From Chrysomallon squamiferum (Eukaryota; Animalia; Mollusca): DNA of 64,000 nucleotides. Of the stretch, positions 27,605 to 42,062 are shown one piece after another (the first letter of the stretch is position 1; each line of letters begins with the position of its first letter). The notes under the pieces were generated by a model, which had not been told where the DNA came from, made no database searches, and saw nothing but the letters and a program-made list of their open reading frames with translations. The DNA lies in assembly GCA_012295275.1 (NCBI GenBank), contig CM022670.1:37014001-37078000 (forward strand). The letters are read 5' to 3'. A program made the position numbers and the translations under genes.

Positions 27605-28919
27605 GAAACTTTAACATAGTATAAGCCGAACAGGTCGTTTGAATTGTTCTTCCCAGAAGTAACAGTTGACGTGGAGGCGGTGGTTATAAAGATATAACAA
27701 ACAAAAAACAACAACAAGAACAACTGGATCTAATCTCTGAAACAGAAGTAATTGCAGGACTATAAAGGATAATAATATATAAAACATACACTATATCATA
27801 AGAAGTGGTACTTGTTCCCGGTAAAAACTTATTTTAAAAACTTTTAAAAACAAATTAAAAAACTTCATACTAAAACCATAAACTAAAACCACAACGCTGT
27901 TTTACAGTTATTCCGACCTAATAGTATCATGGATCAAAAGCTTAGCTAATCAATACTGGGCTATTAAATTAAAGCCGATTTGAGACATGATCAAAATCCG
28001 TCTGGTAACCAGAAACGGCGAACAGGTTTTCAGCTGGTGTATATCATTCATTACACCAGGATGGAATCAAACTTTGAGGTTTCCAAACTTCCGCCGTATT
28101 CCAGTCACAAAGGTTTTTGTGGAGGGAAGCGTTAAACCTGAAATGAAGCTGTTGACAGGACGTTGTAACTGGTAATACTTAACAAATTAAAACAAACGAA
28201 ATAATAACACTATAGAGACGTCCAAAAAAAAAAAACAATACATTTTTTCAAGATACAGATCGCTTATACTAATATGTCTGTATGATCAAAGGGTTTTGTA
28301 AATGTGGCATATTTATTTTCCCCAGCTACAGAGTACCCACGTTCATGACTAAACTGGCTTATCGACAGTTTTAAAATAATGATTGATTAATGACTGTTTT
28401 ATCTGTAGCCTTATTGCATCGCATATCGACATTTTAAGAGCTAGAATTGACATTTGAAATATTGCTTTGTGAAATATCAATTTTACGTTATCAGCAATAG
28501 CGCCCGGTGAAGGCTAATACAGATCCAAGCAAAAATATATATTTCATATATTCGATTTATATAAAGCCAAATACCAATAGAGAACTGAGATGATTATTAC
28601 ATCATTTTGCGATAATCTTATATCAAATATATTACACTCGTGTATTCATGAAGATGAAATGAATTTGGAGCTATTCATTAGACACCGTTTTGTGAAGTAT
28701 TTCTATTAATACACTGAAGGAAAAGAAAAGATTTCTGTAGTTCTTTCGTTATAAAGTTTCACTTTTTCTTTCTGGTTATTATCATAATTATTATTATTAT
28801 TAGTTATACTGGTTTGCAAATATTTTGTTTGCAATTTTATTGATTCGTCGTTTTGATCTGTTCGTCATTTATTTCTTCGTTCTTCCATCAATGTATCCAT
28901 ACTTCGATTCAAATGAAAT

Positions 28920-28933
28920 GTTGCCATGACAAC
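28920..28933. promoter_or_regulatory. RFX X-box GTTGCCATGACAAC
   Basis: 13/14 match to the palindromic X-box GTTGCCATGGCAAC, upstream of the DCLK coding region. Confidence 0.55.
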
Positions 28934-29498
28934 ATCCAACGAATTAATTGTTTGTGATAGATTCCAGATGTTCAGAGAACCCAGACGCTAGCCTCCCTTG
29001 TAGGACATATATGTGTGTCATTGTGCTAAATCAGTTCTGTAACTCTGTTACATGTCCTGGATCAATAATTCCTTTCTGCGACGTCTGTCTATATCAGTGA
29101 CATCGTGATCTCTTTTATGTCGCTGGTGGAACAAATATCAGAATATGTCAATAATATTATATCACCGATATCGCTAAATCTTTACTTGTTTTTTTTTTTT
29201 TTTTATCCCCTCTTTCCCGTTTTTCACGAACTAATCTATAATTACAAACGAACGGGTTTATTTTGGTCTGGGAGAACAAAATGCACGCGTAGTGATGTCA
29301 TGGTGATATGATGGATGATTGTGTTACCAGGAGAATACCGATCCCCTTGTCTGATTCAGCGTTCGTGATGTTGGTCATGCATGCTGAAAAACAACAACAA
29401 AAACAAGAAAATTTATATATATATATATATAGTAGTAGTAGTAGTAGTAGTAGTCGTAGTAGTAGTAATAGTAATAATAATAATATTATCATTATTAC

Positions 29499-29534
<36 letters not shown>

Positions 29535-32500
29535 GAAAAGATAATAGAATAGAACAGAACAAAACAAAACAATAAATAAATAAATGTATTTTTGATATCC
29601 TAAAACTGATTTATTTTTATGGAAAATTTACGTTTGCAGATAACTGCTGCCAGACATACATTAATTTTATTTATTTTTATTATTTATTTTTTTTAGTTAG
29701 CATATTGCCTGCTGCAAATGAAATGTATCTAGATAAGTAGTAAGTTTCTTTATTTTATTTTATTAAAAAAAAAAAAAATATATATATATTTCTAGCTTTC
29801 AAACGTTTTCAATACGCCAACGATTTGTAAAATTATCTTTGTAACAAATAAAGCAATGTTCTAACATTTACAGTTTATTAAATATTACAGTCTAGATACT
29901 GTGTTAAATAAAATATTGCTAACTGTTATTGCTGAACTGTATGTAAAATACTTTAACATAAACAACTATACTTAGTTTAGTCATATTCAAAACTTAATTT
30001 CTCCGTACCCGTTACTTGAACTCATATTTTTACTATATGCCATTAATAATACTTTTGTATGGCAATATACCAATACGCACGCTTGGCCAGGTAAGATCAG
30101 TTTAAGAGCTTCAGCAATAGTAATACTATAATGAATGTTGTTCCATGATTCAGAAAGTTAAAGCTTGTTCAGAACGACTTAATGGATTATTACAACTTCC
30201 ACAGTGTCGAAAGTATTGTTAAAGAAACACAAGAGCGTTTGATTAATAGTAACATTATTCGTGTATTTAAATTAGCATTTGGCAGTTTGCCTAGGCGGTG
30301 GCGAATCATGCTGAAAACATGAGAAAACTCGAAGCTGACAAAACTGTAAAAAAACATAAAAGTCGATAATTACCGATGAATCCCGAACATCTCGAGTCGA
30401 TTATGCACGAATCAGGTCCCTGAAGTCGTTCTGTAGGGTTTGCAGGACAGAAAGCGTTCCTAGCAGCGAGCGACCAGACAACGTCTCAGCTTCTGACAGT
30501 TATAAATTGCTCGCATAAATTTCGGATGACGAAACGAGAGGAAAAACGTACTTGATAAAACCCGAGCCCAGCTGGGGTTCTGTCCGTTTTCTTGTTGAAA
30601 TGAAATTGCTGCTAATGCAGGGCCAAAAACTGAGGGTCTGCTTTACCGAGATGAACTGTTTTAATTGCCTGTATTAAATTTGTTATTTTAATCATTGCTA
30701 TTTTGTATAATTATTTTTATACTATGATTATGTTATCCTATTTGTATTAAGATTTAAGGTTATTTGCTTTTTATAATAATAATAATAACAATAATAAAAA
30801 TAATTATTATTATAATAGTAACTGACCATGAAAGATCAGTTTAAGAGCTTCAGTAGTAATAATAACAATACAATGTTGTTTTATGATTCACATTGTTATT
30901 ATTATTGTTATTGTTGTTGTTGTTGTTGTTATTATTATTATTATTATAACTAATTAATCCCAACATTTGTTCTTCATTAAAAAAAAAAAAAAAATAGCAG
31001 TTTATTTTGTACTGCTTGCAGGCAGGCTAGAAACCTAAGTAAACACAGTATCAACTAATACGGAGTATAAGCTAATATTAGATAATATAATCATCAACCA
31101 TGAATTCATTTTCGTTCTGATATTAGTTTTATCACAGATTCCATTTTTTCTAGTGGAGGAAGACTGGTTCTGTTATTATTCATGAACCGGAGACTCTAAC
31201 GTTCGCCATGTTAACAACATTGCCGTTATTACAGTCTGATCAAATATCCCTGTGGGAAATTAAGTGACATTTTAGAAGCCTAAGTTCGTTGAGTAAGTCT
31301 GTTTCCATTAACGAATTTACTAGGAACTAGTGAGCGACATTTGTATGTTCTAAGCATCGGAGAAACCGCTTGTAATGTAGATTATATGTTTTTAGTTACT
31401 TTAGTGAAGCCACATCTAATGCAGACAAATGATATGAGTTTAATCTGAAAAATTGTTTCCAATATGGATGCGTAGTTTAAAATAGCTACTTCTAATGGAT
31501 GCAGACTGCTTTAGTTTCCTCATACAAAATGCTTCTGATGTAGTCGCAGTTTCTATTTCTTATGTAAAAAAAAAACTGTTTCTGTGTGGATTTGTAGTTT
31601 AGTTACTCACAGACGTTTCTTTTGGATAATTTATGGGTTTTGATGACTTCATCCGTAAAACCTTTGTGTCATGAGACCTCTTAGAAACACCGGCTGATAA
31701 CAGATATTTTTTTTCAGCTTTAATGTGAAATCAATACTTTAAAATGGCTTCGTGTTTGTTTGATTATTTCGTGCACAGTTGGTATCGCAGCGATTAGCAT
31801 ATTACTTAGAAATGGGCGATATCATTACTTTATACCATGATTCATATTTCATCGATTTTCTCCATGGTGACTGCTATATGTGCAAAAATATCTGTAGTCT
31901 TCATGTAGTTTGTACGTACGTATGAAAATCAACAGGTAGCTATGAATTACGAAGAAACGAATTAATTTAAAAATTAAAGAAAACAAATGGACGAAACTAT
32001 AGATATATATTTTTTTTAAATTTAAAAAATAAAATAGAATAAAAGAGAAAAAAATGAGAAAAGAATGGATACATAAAAATGCATTTTGGAACTTATCACT
32101 TTGCTAGGAACTCATATAAATAAATCAGAATAAATTAGTAGTGATATATATATATATATATATATTCGTAACATATTTAGTATTAAATAGTAATGAAAAT
32201 ATTACATCAGTATAAAAAAACTGATCGAGTGATCAAAATACAACATTCGATATTTTTAGCAACAAAAAGGCACACAAAGACAAAAGCCTGAAACAAAAAT
32301 GACCACGTTTCAAACGTTTTCGTTTTAATTCTTGTTTTACTGACCAAGTCACCTTCGTTGGTGCATGAAATCAGACTGCATACCAGCCGAAGTGCATCAC
32401 CTACTTGTTAAACGGGAGTGTCTGTTCTGGATTATAATTAGGGGCTTGACTGAACTGAACAACATAAACTCTTAAGCTCGTCGGTTACCCTATGATGCAG

Positions 32501-32762
32501 ACGTAATCTGTACAGTTGTTACAGGAACACACACCAGGTGCACGAGAGTGCTGTTTCGTATTTTGATGATGTGTTTGTTAATGAACAAAAGAAAGCAAAA
32601 ATGTCGCACACTTTTTCAAATCAAGACAAATAGAATAACAAGCAGGTAGGCATGTGCAACGCGATAACTTTGTCCGGGTTATTTATTTGTTTCATCAGTT
32701 TTCCATATGGATAAGGAACAAATAAAGCACGTTTTTTAAAAACATTTTCAGGTAGCAACAAC

Positions 32763-33838
32763 ATGGGTGACGTGATAGACGACCACTTTGCAGTATCAAA
32801 CTACGACGACAGACGACAACAGTCTCGCAGCAGTCGATCAAGACCCAGAAGCCCAACATCACACAGCGACCACGGCATTTCCATACGTCACAGCATTCTG
32901 AAGTGTTCCGAGGAGAAACGAGCGAAGAAAGTCCGATTCTACCGAAACGGCGACAGGTTTTTCAAAGGAATGCTGTACGCCGTGTCACCCGAAAGGTTTC
33001 GGACTTTCGAATCTCTCTTGGCTGAACTGACTGTGAGTCCTCTGTGTAACAAGGACATTCTTCCAAAAGGAGTACGACACATCTTCACGTTAGATGGCAC
33101 CAAGTGCATCGACTCCTTGGATCAGCTGATGGAAGGAGAGAGCTACGTCTGTGCTTCTACCAACGTCTTTAAGAAAATGGATTACTCCAGTGCCCCACAG
33201 CCGCCAAACTGGAATCCCAACATCAAAGGTCGCTCGGATTCGCAGGAACGAGTGTCGCCGCTGTCAAAAGATTCTGACGACGATGCCAGGAGTTTCGTCA
33301 GACCAAAGCTGGTCACAGTCATCAGAAACGGCTCTAAGCCCAGAAAGGCGGTCAGAGTTTTACTGAATAAAAAAACAGCTCATTCGTTTGATCAAGTCAT
33401 GACTGATATCACCGATGCCATCAAAATGGACAGCGGCACAGTTAAGAAAATCTACACGCTAGACGGACATCAGGTCAGTTGAATACGAATGAATGAATGT
33501 TTAACGATAGCACAACACGTTTTAACATAAATGGTTATTACGTATCAGTTTCATTCTTTTTCGTATGATCATGCAGTGAGAGAGGAAACTATTGCTTCCA
33601 TTTCACTGGTTACTCTTATGCTAATAGTTCAAAGGTTGTTACTGTAATTTGATTGTATTTCCTTCTAAGCTTACTTTTGTTAGTTATAATATGTAAGTTT
33701 ATACATTTTTAAACAGGTATCGTGCTTGGCCGACTTTTTCAAAGATGACACAATTTTCATAGCTTATGGGCAGGAAAGAGTTAATATGGACGACTTTGAT
33801 ATATGTGAAAATGGTAAGTCGTAAATATTCTTAACTTG

Positions 33839-33929
<91 letters not shown>

Positions 33930-35169
33930 TGTATGAGTGTAGGTATGTCTAAATGCACTTTATGGGAAAATATAATCATTATTTGGGGGTACAAAACCTA
34001 TTTTAATTTTTAATGTTTTTTTAGAGGTTAATTATATTTCACGTTACGAGAATTAAATAATACAGAAAATATAAATGAACCACTCCTTTGCATTAATAAT
34101 AATTTTTTTATTTACCACCTTCAGTTCTCTGGAACCTTAATTTTCTTACTATTTAAAATATACAAAATTATTGTCCAGAATCTTACTCGATATATTTATT
34201 ACAGCGTTTATTTTCCATTCACGTGGCAAAAGTGGTTTGTATATTTTGAACTTGGTTTTTGATGAGCACAGAACACGTTTTTGTATTTGAATCACAAACT
34301 GGACTGTTTTTAAATGAATAATGGTTTTCATTATAACATTACTTGTTTTATTTAATAAATTTGGGTTGTATACGTATGAATAAAAGTGCTTTTATCTGTG
34401 TGTGTGTTTTGTTTGTAAGCATGCACTAAAATTTTACATAATAATCTAAACCAATAATCTACGTTTCATACTAATCTGCTTTTAAACCAGACTCCAAATA
34501 TATATACTTTTTAAGATACGTGAATAGACTATTTAATGTGTGTGTTTGTGTGTGTCTGTGTTTGGATTGTGTGTGTGTGTGTGTGTGTGTTTATTTATCT
34601 GTGCACGTTTGAAGGGGATAGTACCGCAATTTAAAAAAACAAAAAGATTATAATGATTTTGCGATTTATAAAAAATTTATAAAATTCAATTGAAATCATA
34701 TTGAAATGATTTTGCGATTTATAAAAAATTCAGTATGAATAATAATTTTTAAATTTTATTTATTTATTTATTGGATTTTTGAGGGTCTGTGTATGGCTTT
34801 TTTCTCATACATTCATTTTAATTTCTATTATTATTATTATGATGATTATTACAGAAGTTCGTCTTGTTAGTGCGTACAAGAGATCAATGACTAATTCACC
34901 ACGAGTAACTCTCAAGTCACCAAAACCTCAAAGAAAGAGTTCCCTGCAGAACGAGAGACGAGGTGAGTTACCGCTAAAATGTTCAAGACAATATTAACGA
35001 ATTACAGAATTGACCAGAGAGAAGAAAATGTAATCGTTTTTCATCTCCCTTCGTACCTCTTATTCCACTGTTACGGCAAATATGTCTTAACGTTTACTGG
35101 TAATACAGAAAAAAAAAAAAAAAAAATTAAAGAAATATTTTTAATAACTAGGTATAATTTTGGATTTGT

Positions 35170-35247
<78 letters not shown>

Positions 35248-36078
35248 GCAGTAGCAGCAGCAACAACAACAACGACAGTTTGATGAGTATTAATAATAAA
35301 AATAACGATGAAATGAATCTAACAAGAGAGAGTCATTCGTGACAAAAAACGACGATTGCATCATACCTGAAATCAGGTATGATTTTAATAATGAATCAAA
35401 TTATAACGCTACTTCTGGTTGACTGTTCGATTCACACGTTCACATTTCTTTCCTTTTCAGGATCAGGATCTTCTACTCCGTCGAACGCGTCTCCCAAATC
35501 ACCAAGACGGGTGCGTTCGGGCGCCTCTTCTTCAGTAAGTCGTGTATAAAAACCTTGTTACGTTTTCCGCTTGCTGTCAGCTTTCTTTTTGTTTGTATCC
35601 ATTGTTCTGTAATACGTCGACAGAACGTTATTTGATCGGATATGAGGTGATCGAGCATTTGGGTGCAGTGCGGTTTGTGTGTGTGTTAATGTGAGAAAGG
35701 TGTTACTCAACGAAAACCTTGTGATTGCATCAGAAGGTTAAAGTTATGGATGACAGCGTTCGCGTTAGAACTGCAGCCGTTACGAATGACCTGCCAGTGC
35801 TTTCGTTTATTCTTTGTTTTAAAACGTTTAATAAAAATGAAAATAAATTTTTACTAAATTAAAACAATTAATAAATAAATAAATCAATAAATAAATAAAT
35901 AGAATCAGATAACAAAAACAAAATCAATATCAAAACAAAATAAAACAAAACAACGGAAACAACAGCTACGTCAACAATGAAACTATTTTTTTTTTCTGTA
36001 TCACTGTTGACGTAACTGGAGTATATATATGAAATGTTTATTCAATAACATATCTATATAAATAAATAAATAAAATAA

Positions 36079-36115
<37 letters not shown>

Positions 36116-36323
36116 CTCTATCTATAAAATAAAATTAAATAAAATAAAAAATGAAAAAGGAGAAAAAGGAAAGGAAGAAAATACGCTGTTATTAAAATAT
36201 ATAGTAGATAATTTTTGAGCTACCGTCATGGATTAGAATGTAGATCCTAGCGGTAAAAGAGAATTAACTAAAATTGTAAAAAAAATAATAATAATAATAA
36301 TTATCATAATAATAATAAACGAT

Positions 36324-36371
<48 letters not shown>

Positions 36372-36612
36372 TATACGACAGCTTTGTTTTTGCTTTTGTG
36401 TTACCATTATAATTTTTAGGTTATATAGCTTGTCTTTCTTTTATTGCAGGCGAAAGGTGCTATGACAAATGGTGTAAATGGTAACAGTACTGAGAAAGGT
36501 AAGATAAAGTCAGAAGCATCTCAGTAATTATCGTCAAAGAAGTAAAAACAAAAATAGATCTAAAAAAATAAATAAAATAATAAAAAAATTTAAATAAATA
36601 AATAAACAAATA

Positions 36613-36670
<58 letters not shown>

Positions 36671-36940
36671 TATGTTGATATATATATAAACATGCAGTCA
36701 AAACATCGATGGCAGGGATATCGATGGCAGTTGTACTTTCAGTAATTAATATGAATTATTTATACAGTTAGAATTCTTTCATCGACTTTTTACAGCTCAA
36801 GTGCCCACTGAGTTACTGGAGAGATACGAGATTGGTCATGTTATAGGAGAAGGAAACTTTGCTGTGGTCAAGGAATGTTTGGACAGGTACAGTTCAATCT
36901 AAGACACGGTTAATAATTATCTCAGATTAATAATAATAAC

Positions 36941-36977
<37 letters not shown>

Positions 36978-37051
36978 CACTCAAATGTTTCAACAGAATT
37001 ATCTTGTTGTTGTTATTACTATTGTGATTTTATCATCATCATCATCACCAA

Positions 37052-37091
<40 letters not shown>

Positions 37092-39360
37092 ATTAATGAA
37101 AAAAAATGAAAAAAACAAAAAAAAACACCTGGATATTTACTTTAATATGATTAACTATTATTAGTTATTTATTTTAGATATAACAACAGAAAGTTTTCTT
37201 TGAAGATCATTGACAAAAGAAAGTGCACTGGAAAGGTAGATTCATACACCACTTTAAATATATATAACAGAATATTAACGAATTATATATATATATATAT
37301 AAATTCTATTAAGCAAACATTAACGTCTGACTATATTTGTGTGAATTTGAACTAATAACATTAACTCTAAACAATTATTTTATGGCGCTGTGTATTCCTT
37401 TATGAAGTGTACATTCAACCTTTATTGCTTTATATATCTATTATTATATCCTACAGGAACAAATGATAGAAAACGAAGTGTCCATCTTGAGAAAGGTGAA
37501 ACATCCGAATATCGTTTTACTGGTTGAAGACTACGAAACACCACAAGAGATGTACATGGTTATGGAGCTCGTTAAGGTGAAGGACACAAGTTTATTTTTA
37601 TACTGATCGATTCACGATATATATATATTAATTAATATATTTCAATACACAACTATCAGACGGACAGAAAAACAGACAGTCAGTCAGGAAAGAGAGAGAG
37701 TCAGACGCAGAGTCATCTAACATATATTTTTATATTCTATTCATTAGAAGTTCCATGTACAAACTAGAAAAGCTACACAAAGATCAGTAACCATTAGCAT
37801 TCAACATAAAATTAAGAACTCTTCCATACTAAGCGAATAAAAGAACGAAAGAATATAAATCTGTATGCTAACATTAACGCTCCTTATGTACACATTCGTT
37901 ATTATTAATCTTGTTTTGTTACGCCATGAAAAGCAGGTTATTTGATTTCGTTTGCGAGAAACATCCTGCTTTGAAAATCGACACGCCCAACATTAACGCT
38001 TCTTACTTGTACGTTCTTTATTATTAATCTTTTCTGTTATGGCGTGAAAGCGAGGGCTGTTGATTTCGTTTACGAAATTTTAAATATTTTACAGTAAAAG
38101 TCACTCACAATTCGAGATTTAATAACGCGTATTTTTGTTTTATTTTGTTTTGTTCAGGGAGGAGACTTGTTCGATGCTATTGCTTCAGCGACCAAGTACA
38201 CAGAACGTGATGCGAGTGGTATGGTCTTCAATCTAGCCAATGCTCTCAAATATCTGCATTCACTTGGCATAGTTCATCGCGATGTAAAACCTGAGAACTT
38301 ACTGGTACGTTTTTAAATATGTATCTAATACGTTTTAAATCTTTTATCTGGTAGCTTCTAAAAGTGGTTTTTTTTTTTTTTTTTTTTTTCTAATATGTTC
38401 TTAAGTGTCTATATGATAGGTTTTAAAGTTTGTATTTTGGATGGTTTACAATTTGTCCTGTAGTATTCTGGAAGGTTTAAAAAATTGTGTCTGTTAGGTT
38501 TTTGAAGTTTGTATATGGTACGTTTTAAGTTTTTATCTTTGGTAGGTTTTAAAATTTCATCTGATTTTTCGATCTGTTCTTGTCTGAGGTGCAGGGTTTT
38601 TTTTAAATATTTTTTTTTTTTTAAGGTCTATGAACATTCTGATGGTACAAAATCATTAAAACTAGGAGACTTTGGGCTGGCAACAGAACTTGCTGACGAT
38701 GAAGTGCTGTACACTGTCTGTGGCACACCTACTTACGTTGCTCCTGAAATAATAGCTGAATCTGGGTACATGTTTTGTGTGTTCTCTTAGTAAATAAATT
38801 CGAGATAAACACTTATGTGGATCCAGGGTGTATTTATATATGCTGAAGACTCATTTCGTTTTATAAATCAAATATACAACAGTAATTTTAATCTCTGAAT
38901 TCATCCCTGAAAGTGTATATATTTATAATTTAGAAAACTGTTTTTAATATTATGTAAATTATTGTCTGTGAACAAAATGTGATTTTATAAATATAAGTTT
39001 ATATTCTTAGATGCGTACGCACTTAAGTTCGTAAGATTCTTGTATTTTTATGGGTCTAATCTTTGGTAGTTTTTCTATCATTTCTTCATTTATTTTCATA
39101 TCTGAAAATATATTTAAATCTTTTGGATTGTACTGTTATAATATTTGCCACTAAATACAGATAATTAATTAATATGTTTATTATTTATTTTAAAGCTACA
39201 GCTTCAAAGTCGATGTCTGGTCGGCTGGTGTTATTACGTATATACTGCTGTGCGGATTTCCACCTTTTGCCAGGTAGGTCTGCAGTGAGTTAGAACAAAT
39301 TCAAAACACTGGTAATTAAAGTACTTTCACAACAGCAGCTACTTTTACTATTATTATTAT

Positions 39361-39401
<41 letters not shown>

Positions 39402-39822
39402 ATAATAATAATAATGCTACTGCTACTGCTACTACTGCTACTATTGCTATTATTGCTATTATTTAATGCATTAATAATGCGGCATGAATCAAGTGGAATA
39501 AGATGTTTAGCTTTTTCTTCCAGTCCTACAAATAATCAAGATGAATTATTCGATAAGATCATGGAAGGGAAATTGGAATTCAAAGCACCGTTTTGGGACG
39601 AAGTGTCTGAGTCAGCAAAGGTATTGTGTTCCTTATATATTTATTTTATTTTATTTTATTATTATTATTATGTTTTTTTTTATTGATTGCATGCTTATAA
39701 TTTCTGTATCGGTTTGAACGGACAAGAGAGGAATTCAAAAAATCCTTGACGGCAACAACTTAGAAGATGAAAGGGAAGTAATTAAAAATCTATTCGAAAA
39801 AAAATATTGATATAAAAGTAGC

Positions 39823-39912
<90 letters not shown>

Positions 39913-41283
39913 GCTAGTATAACCAGTATATTTTAAAATGATAAGGTAGTCATTTAATAGAACAAAATATAACATTTTGGGAGGCTTAATAAAGACGTTT
40001 CATTCGTTCACTGTTGGACTTTAATTGCTCTAAGAAAGCTCAAAGAAACTAATTAATGGAACTTTTATTTGCACCTTATCAAAATAACTGTTCACTCCAA
40101 GATGTCATGTCAACAAATAACACATTGAATTTATTTTATTTATTACCTTTTGGGTTTTGAAATAATAATAAAGACATAACAATAAAGAAATATTTAAGAA
40201 AGTTTATTTATTTCAGGAATTAGTGTCACTGATGTTAATGGTTGATACGGACAAAAGATTATCGGCACTTGAGGTTGTGTCACATCCATGGGTTGCCGTA
40301 CGTGTTACTGTTTTATTTATATCATCATCATCATCATCATCATCGTTGTTGTTGTCGTTGCTGTTGTTGTATTATTATTATTATTATTATTTACTTTTTT
40401 TCAACGAAAGATAAAAAATTTATTTATTTACCAAAAAAAAAAATGGAAGAGTAAAATTACTTTTGAAAATATGACATTTGTTCATATTGTTTATTCAACA
40501 TTACGCAATGTTTTATTTAAATATAGGTAAATGTAATCTACTAAATTCTTCTTTAATTTAATATGGATGAAACTATAAAATAAATTAAGACCTAACCTCA
40601 GTATAATATACTGAAAATAAAAATATGTGTATATATATATATATATATAATTAAACATTTTTTTAAAAACAAATTTAAAAAAAATATGTTTTAATTATAT
40701 AAATATTCATGTATGTGGGTATGTGAGTGTATGCGACTGGCAAGTTAAAGCCCACTAGATACCATATTTCAGAACGTATTAGTCTATTCCGCATTAAATG
40801 AATAGTAAATATTTGTGTTATAGGATGATACAGCTAAAGATGATGATCTTCGTGATAATGTTGCAAAAGAACTGAACTCGCACTTTGTGAGTAGAACTGC
40901 TAACATTGGAAATGCTGCTGGAATACGAATTATTGCCGTAAGTTGTGTTTATTATTTCTAATCCTAACGTCTGTATGTGTCTGTATCTATGTATGGACAT
41001 ATACGACAGCTGATGCATACATATTGCGTGCTGTCTAGAACTGAAATATTACTAAAATATATTCTACTTGTTTTATGTATTCTTGTCATGATCTTATCCC
41101 TCATGGTCGTTGTCCCGTCACCATCTTAACACTGTTCTGTGTGCTGATAATTCTACATTTAATTCTTCATTTCAGTCCACTGCACTGGACAAAGGATCTC
41201 GCTATTTCCAGGGCCGAGGAGGTGCTCCTCTCTCAATTCATCCTCGAGGATTGGTCGAAGCCGAAGACGATGAAGAGTTCTAA
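32763..41283 (+). CDS. DCLK: Doublecortin-like kinase (2 DCX domains + CaMK-type kinase), about 690 aa, 15 coding exons
   Basis: Exons 32763-33473, 33717-33813, 34855-34962, 35461-35534, 36450-36498, 36796-36886, 37178-37235, 37457-37576, 38158-38304, 38626-38765, 39196-39273, 39524-39620, 40217-40297, 40824-40937, 41176-41283; all GT-AG, total 2073 nt. Motifs: [62 protein letters not shown]-tail. Confidence 0.96.
33488..33635 (-). mobile_element. Degraded SINE remnant (Nin-domain-like, gastropod type)
   Basis: GAATGTTTAACGA..CACAACAC..TTT...GGTTAT...GTGAGAGAGGAAAC...CCA...GGTTACTCTT resembles an abundant gastropod SINE consensus recalled from memory. Related fragments at about 1582-1630, 48644-48780 and 49100-49250. 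Confidence 0.5.
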
Positions 41284-42014
41284 TTATCTTGATTGATGTG
41301 CATGACAATCAAACATAGGTGTGCTTTAAAAGTAATTTTAAGCCAAGAATTTCCGATTGATTGCTGTCATTCATCGTTGTTTGGAACTTTTAGTTTTCAA
41401 ACGTTGATATATATGTATTATGATCGAAGTTTCGAAAACAAACTGTTTACAGGCAAATGATGAAATCCTTTCAGTTAAATACATGTGTTGGTATTTGGTG
41501 GCTTTAAAATGGGGGAAATTAAGGTCTGAAAAGAAATAAGTCATGCGTTTCAGCCAGCAGAAGATGTCAAGAATAATTAGTTGTCACTATAATACAATTA
41601 CCAAACATTTCATTTCATTTTATCATGCTTCATAATTACTATTTCTCTTCTTCCAACAAAATATGTGGTGCTTTGCTTGAAAACTTCCCAATATAAGTTT
41701 TATTTTTCGTTTTACTATTTTCTATTTTTTTTTTATATACGATTGTAAAAAAAAATCGCCAGCAATCGTCCTTGACCATAAAATTAGAGGATCCTAAAGT
41801 TTTAAATTATTACTCTAACAGTAAAAACATGCATAACATAATTCGTGCCATTCTGAGAAAATGAATCAACAAATATATATTTCACTCTGCAGTAGTGTCA
41901 CTGCAAATGGGGAAAAATCAAAAAAAAAAATCAAAAAAATCAGATTAATCGTTTATCGCAAAAGTGTGTCAAAAATAAATATGTGCAGTCGATATACGAT
42001 TCAAGTTATATAGC

Positions 42015-42062
<48 letters not shown>

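Noticed and set aside
29298-40530. Poly-I/L/N/S/H and ER-repeat ORFs
   Set aside because: Translations of microsatellites.
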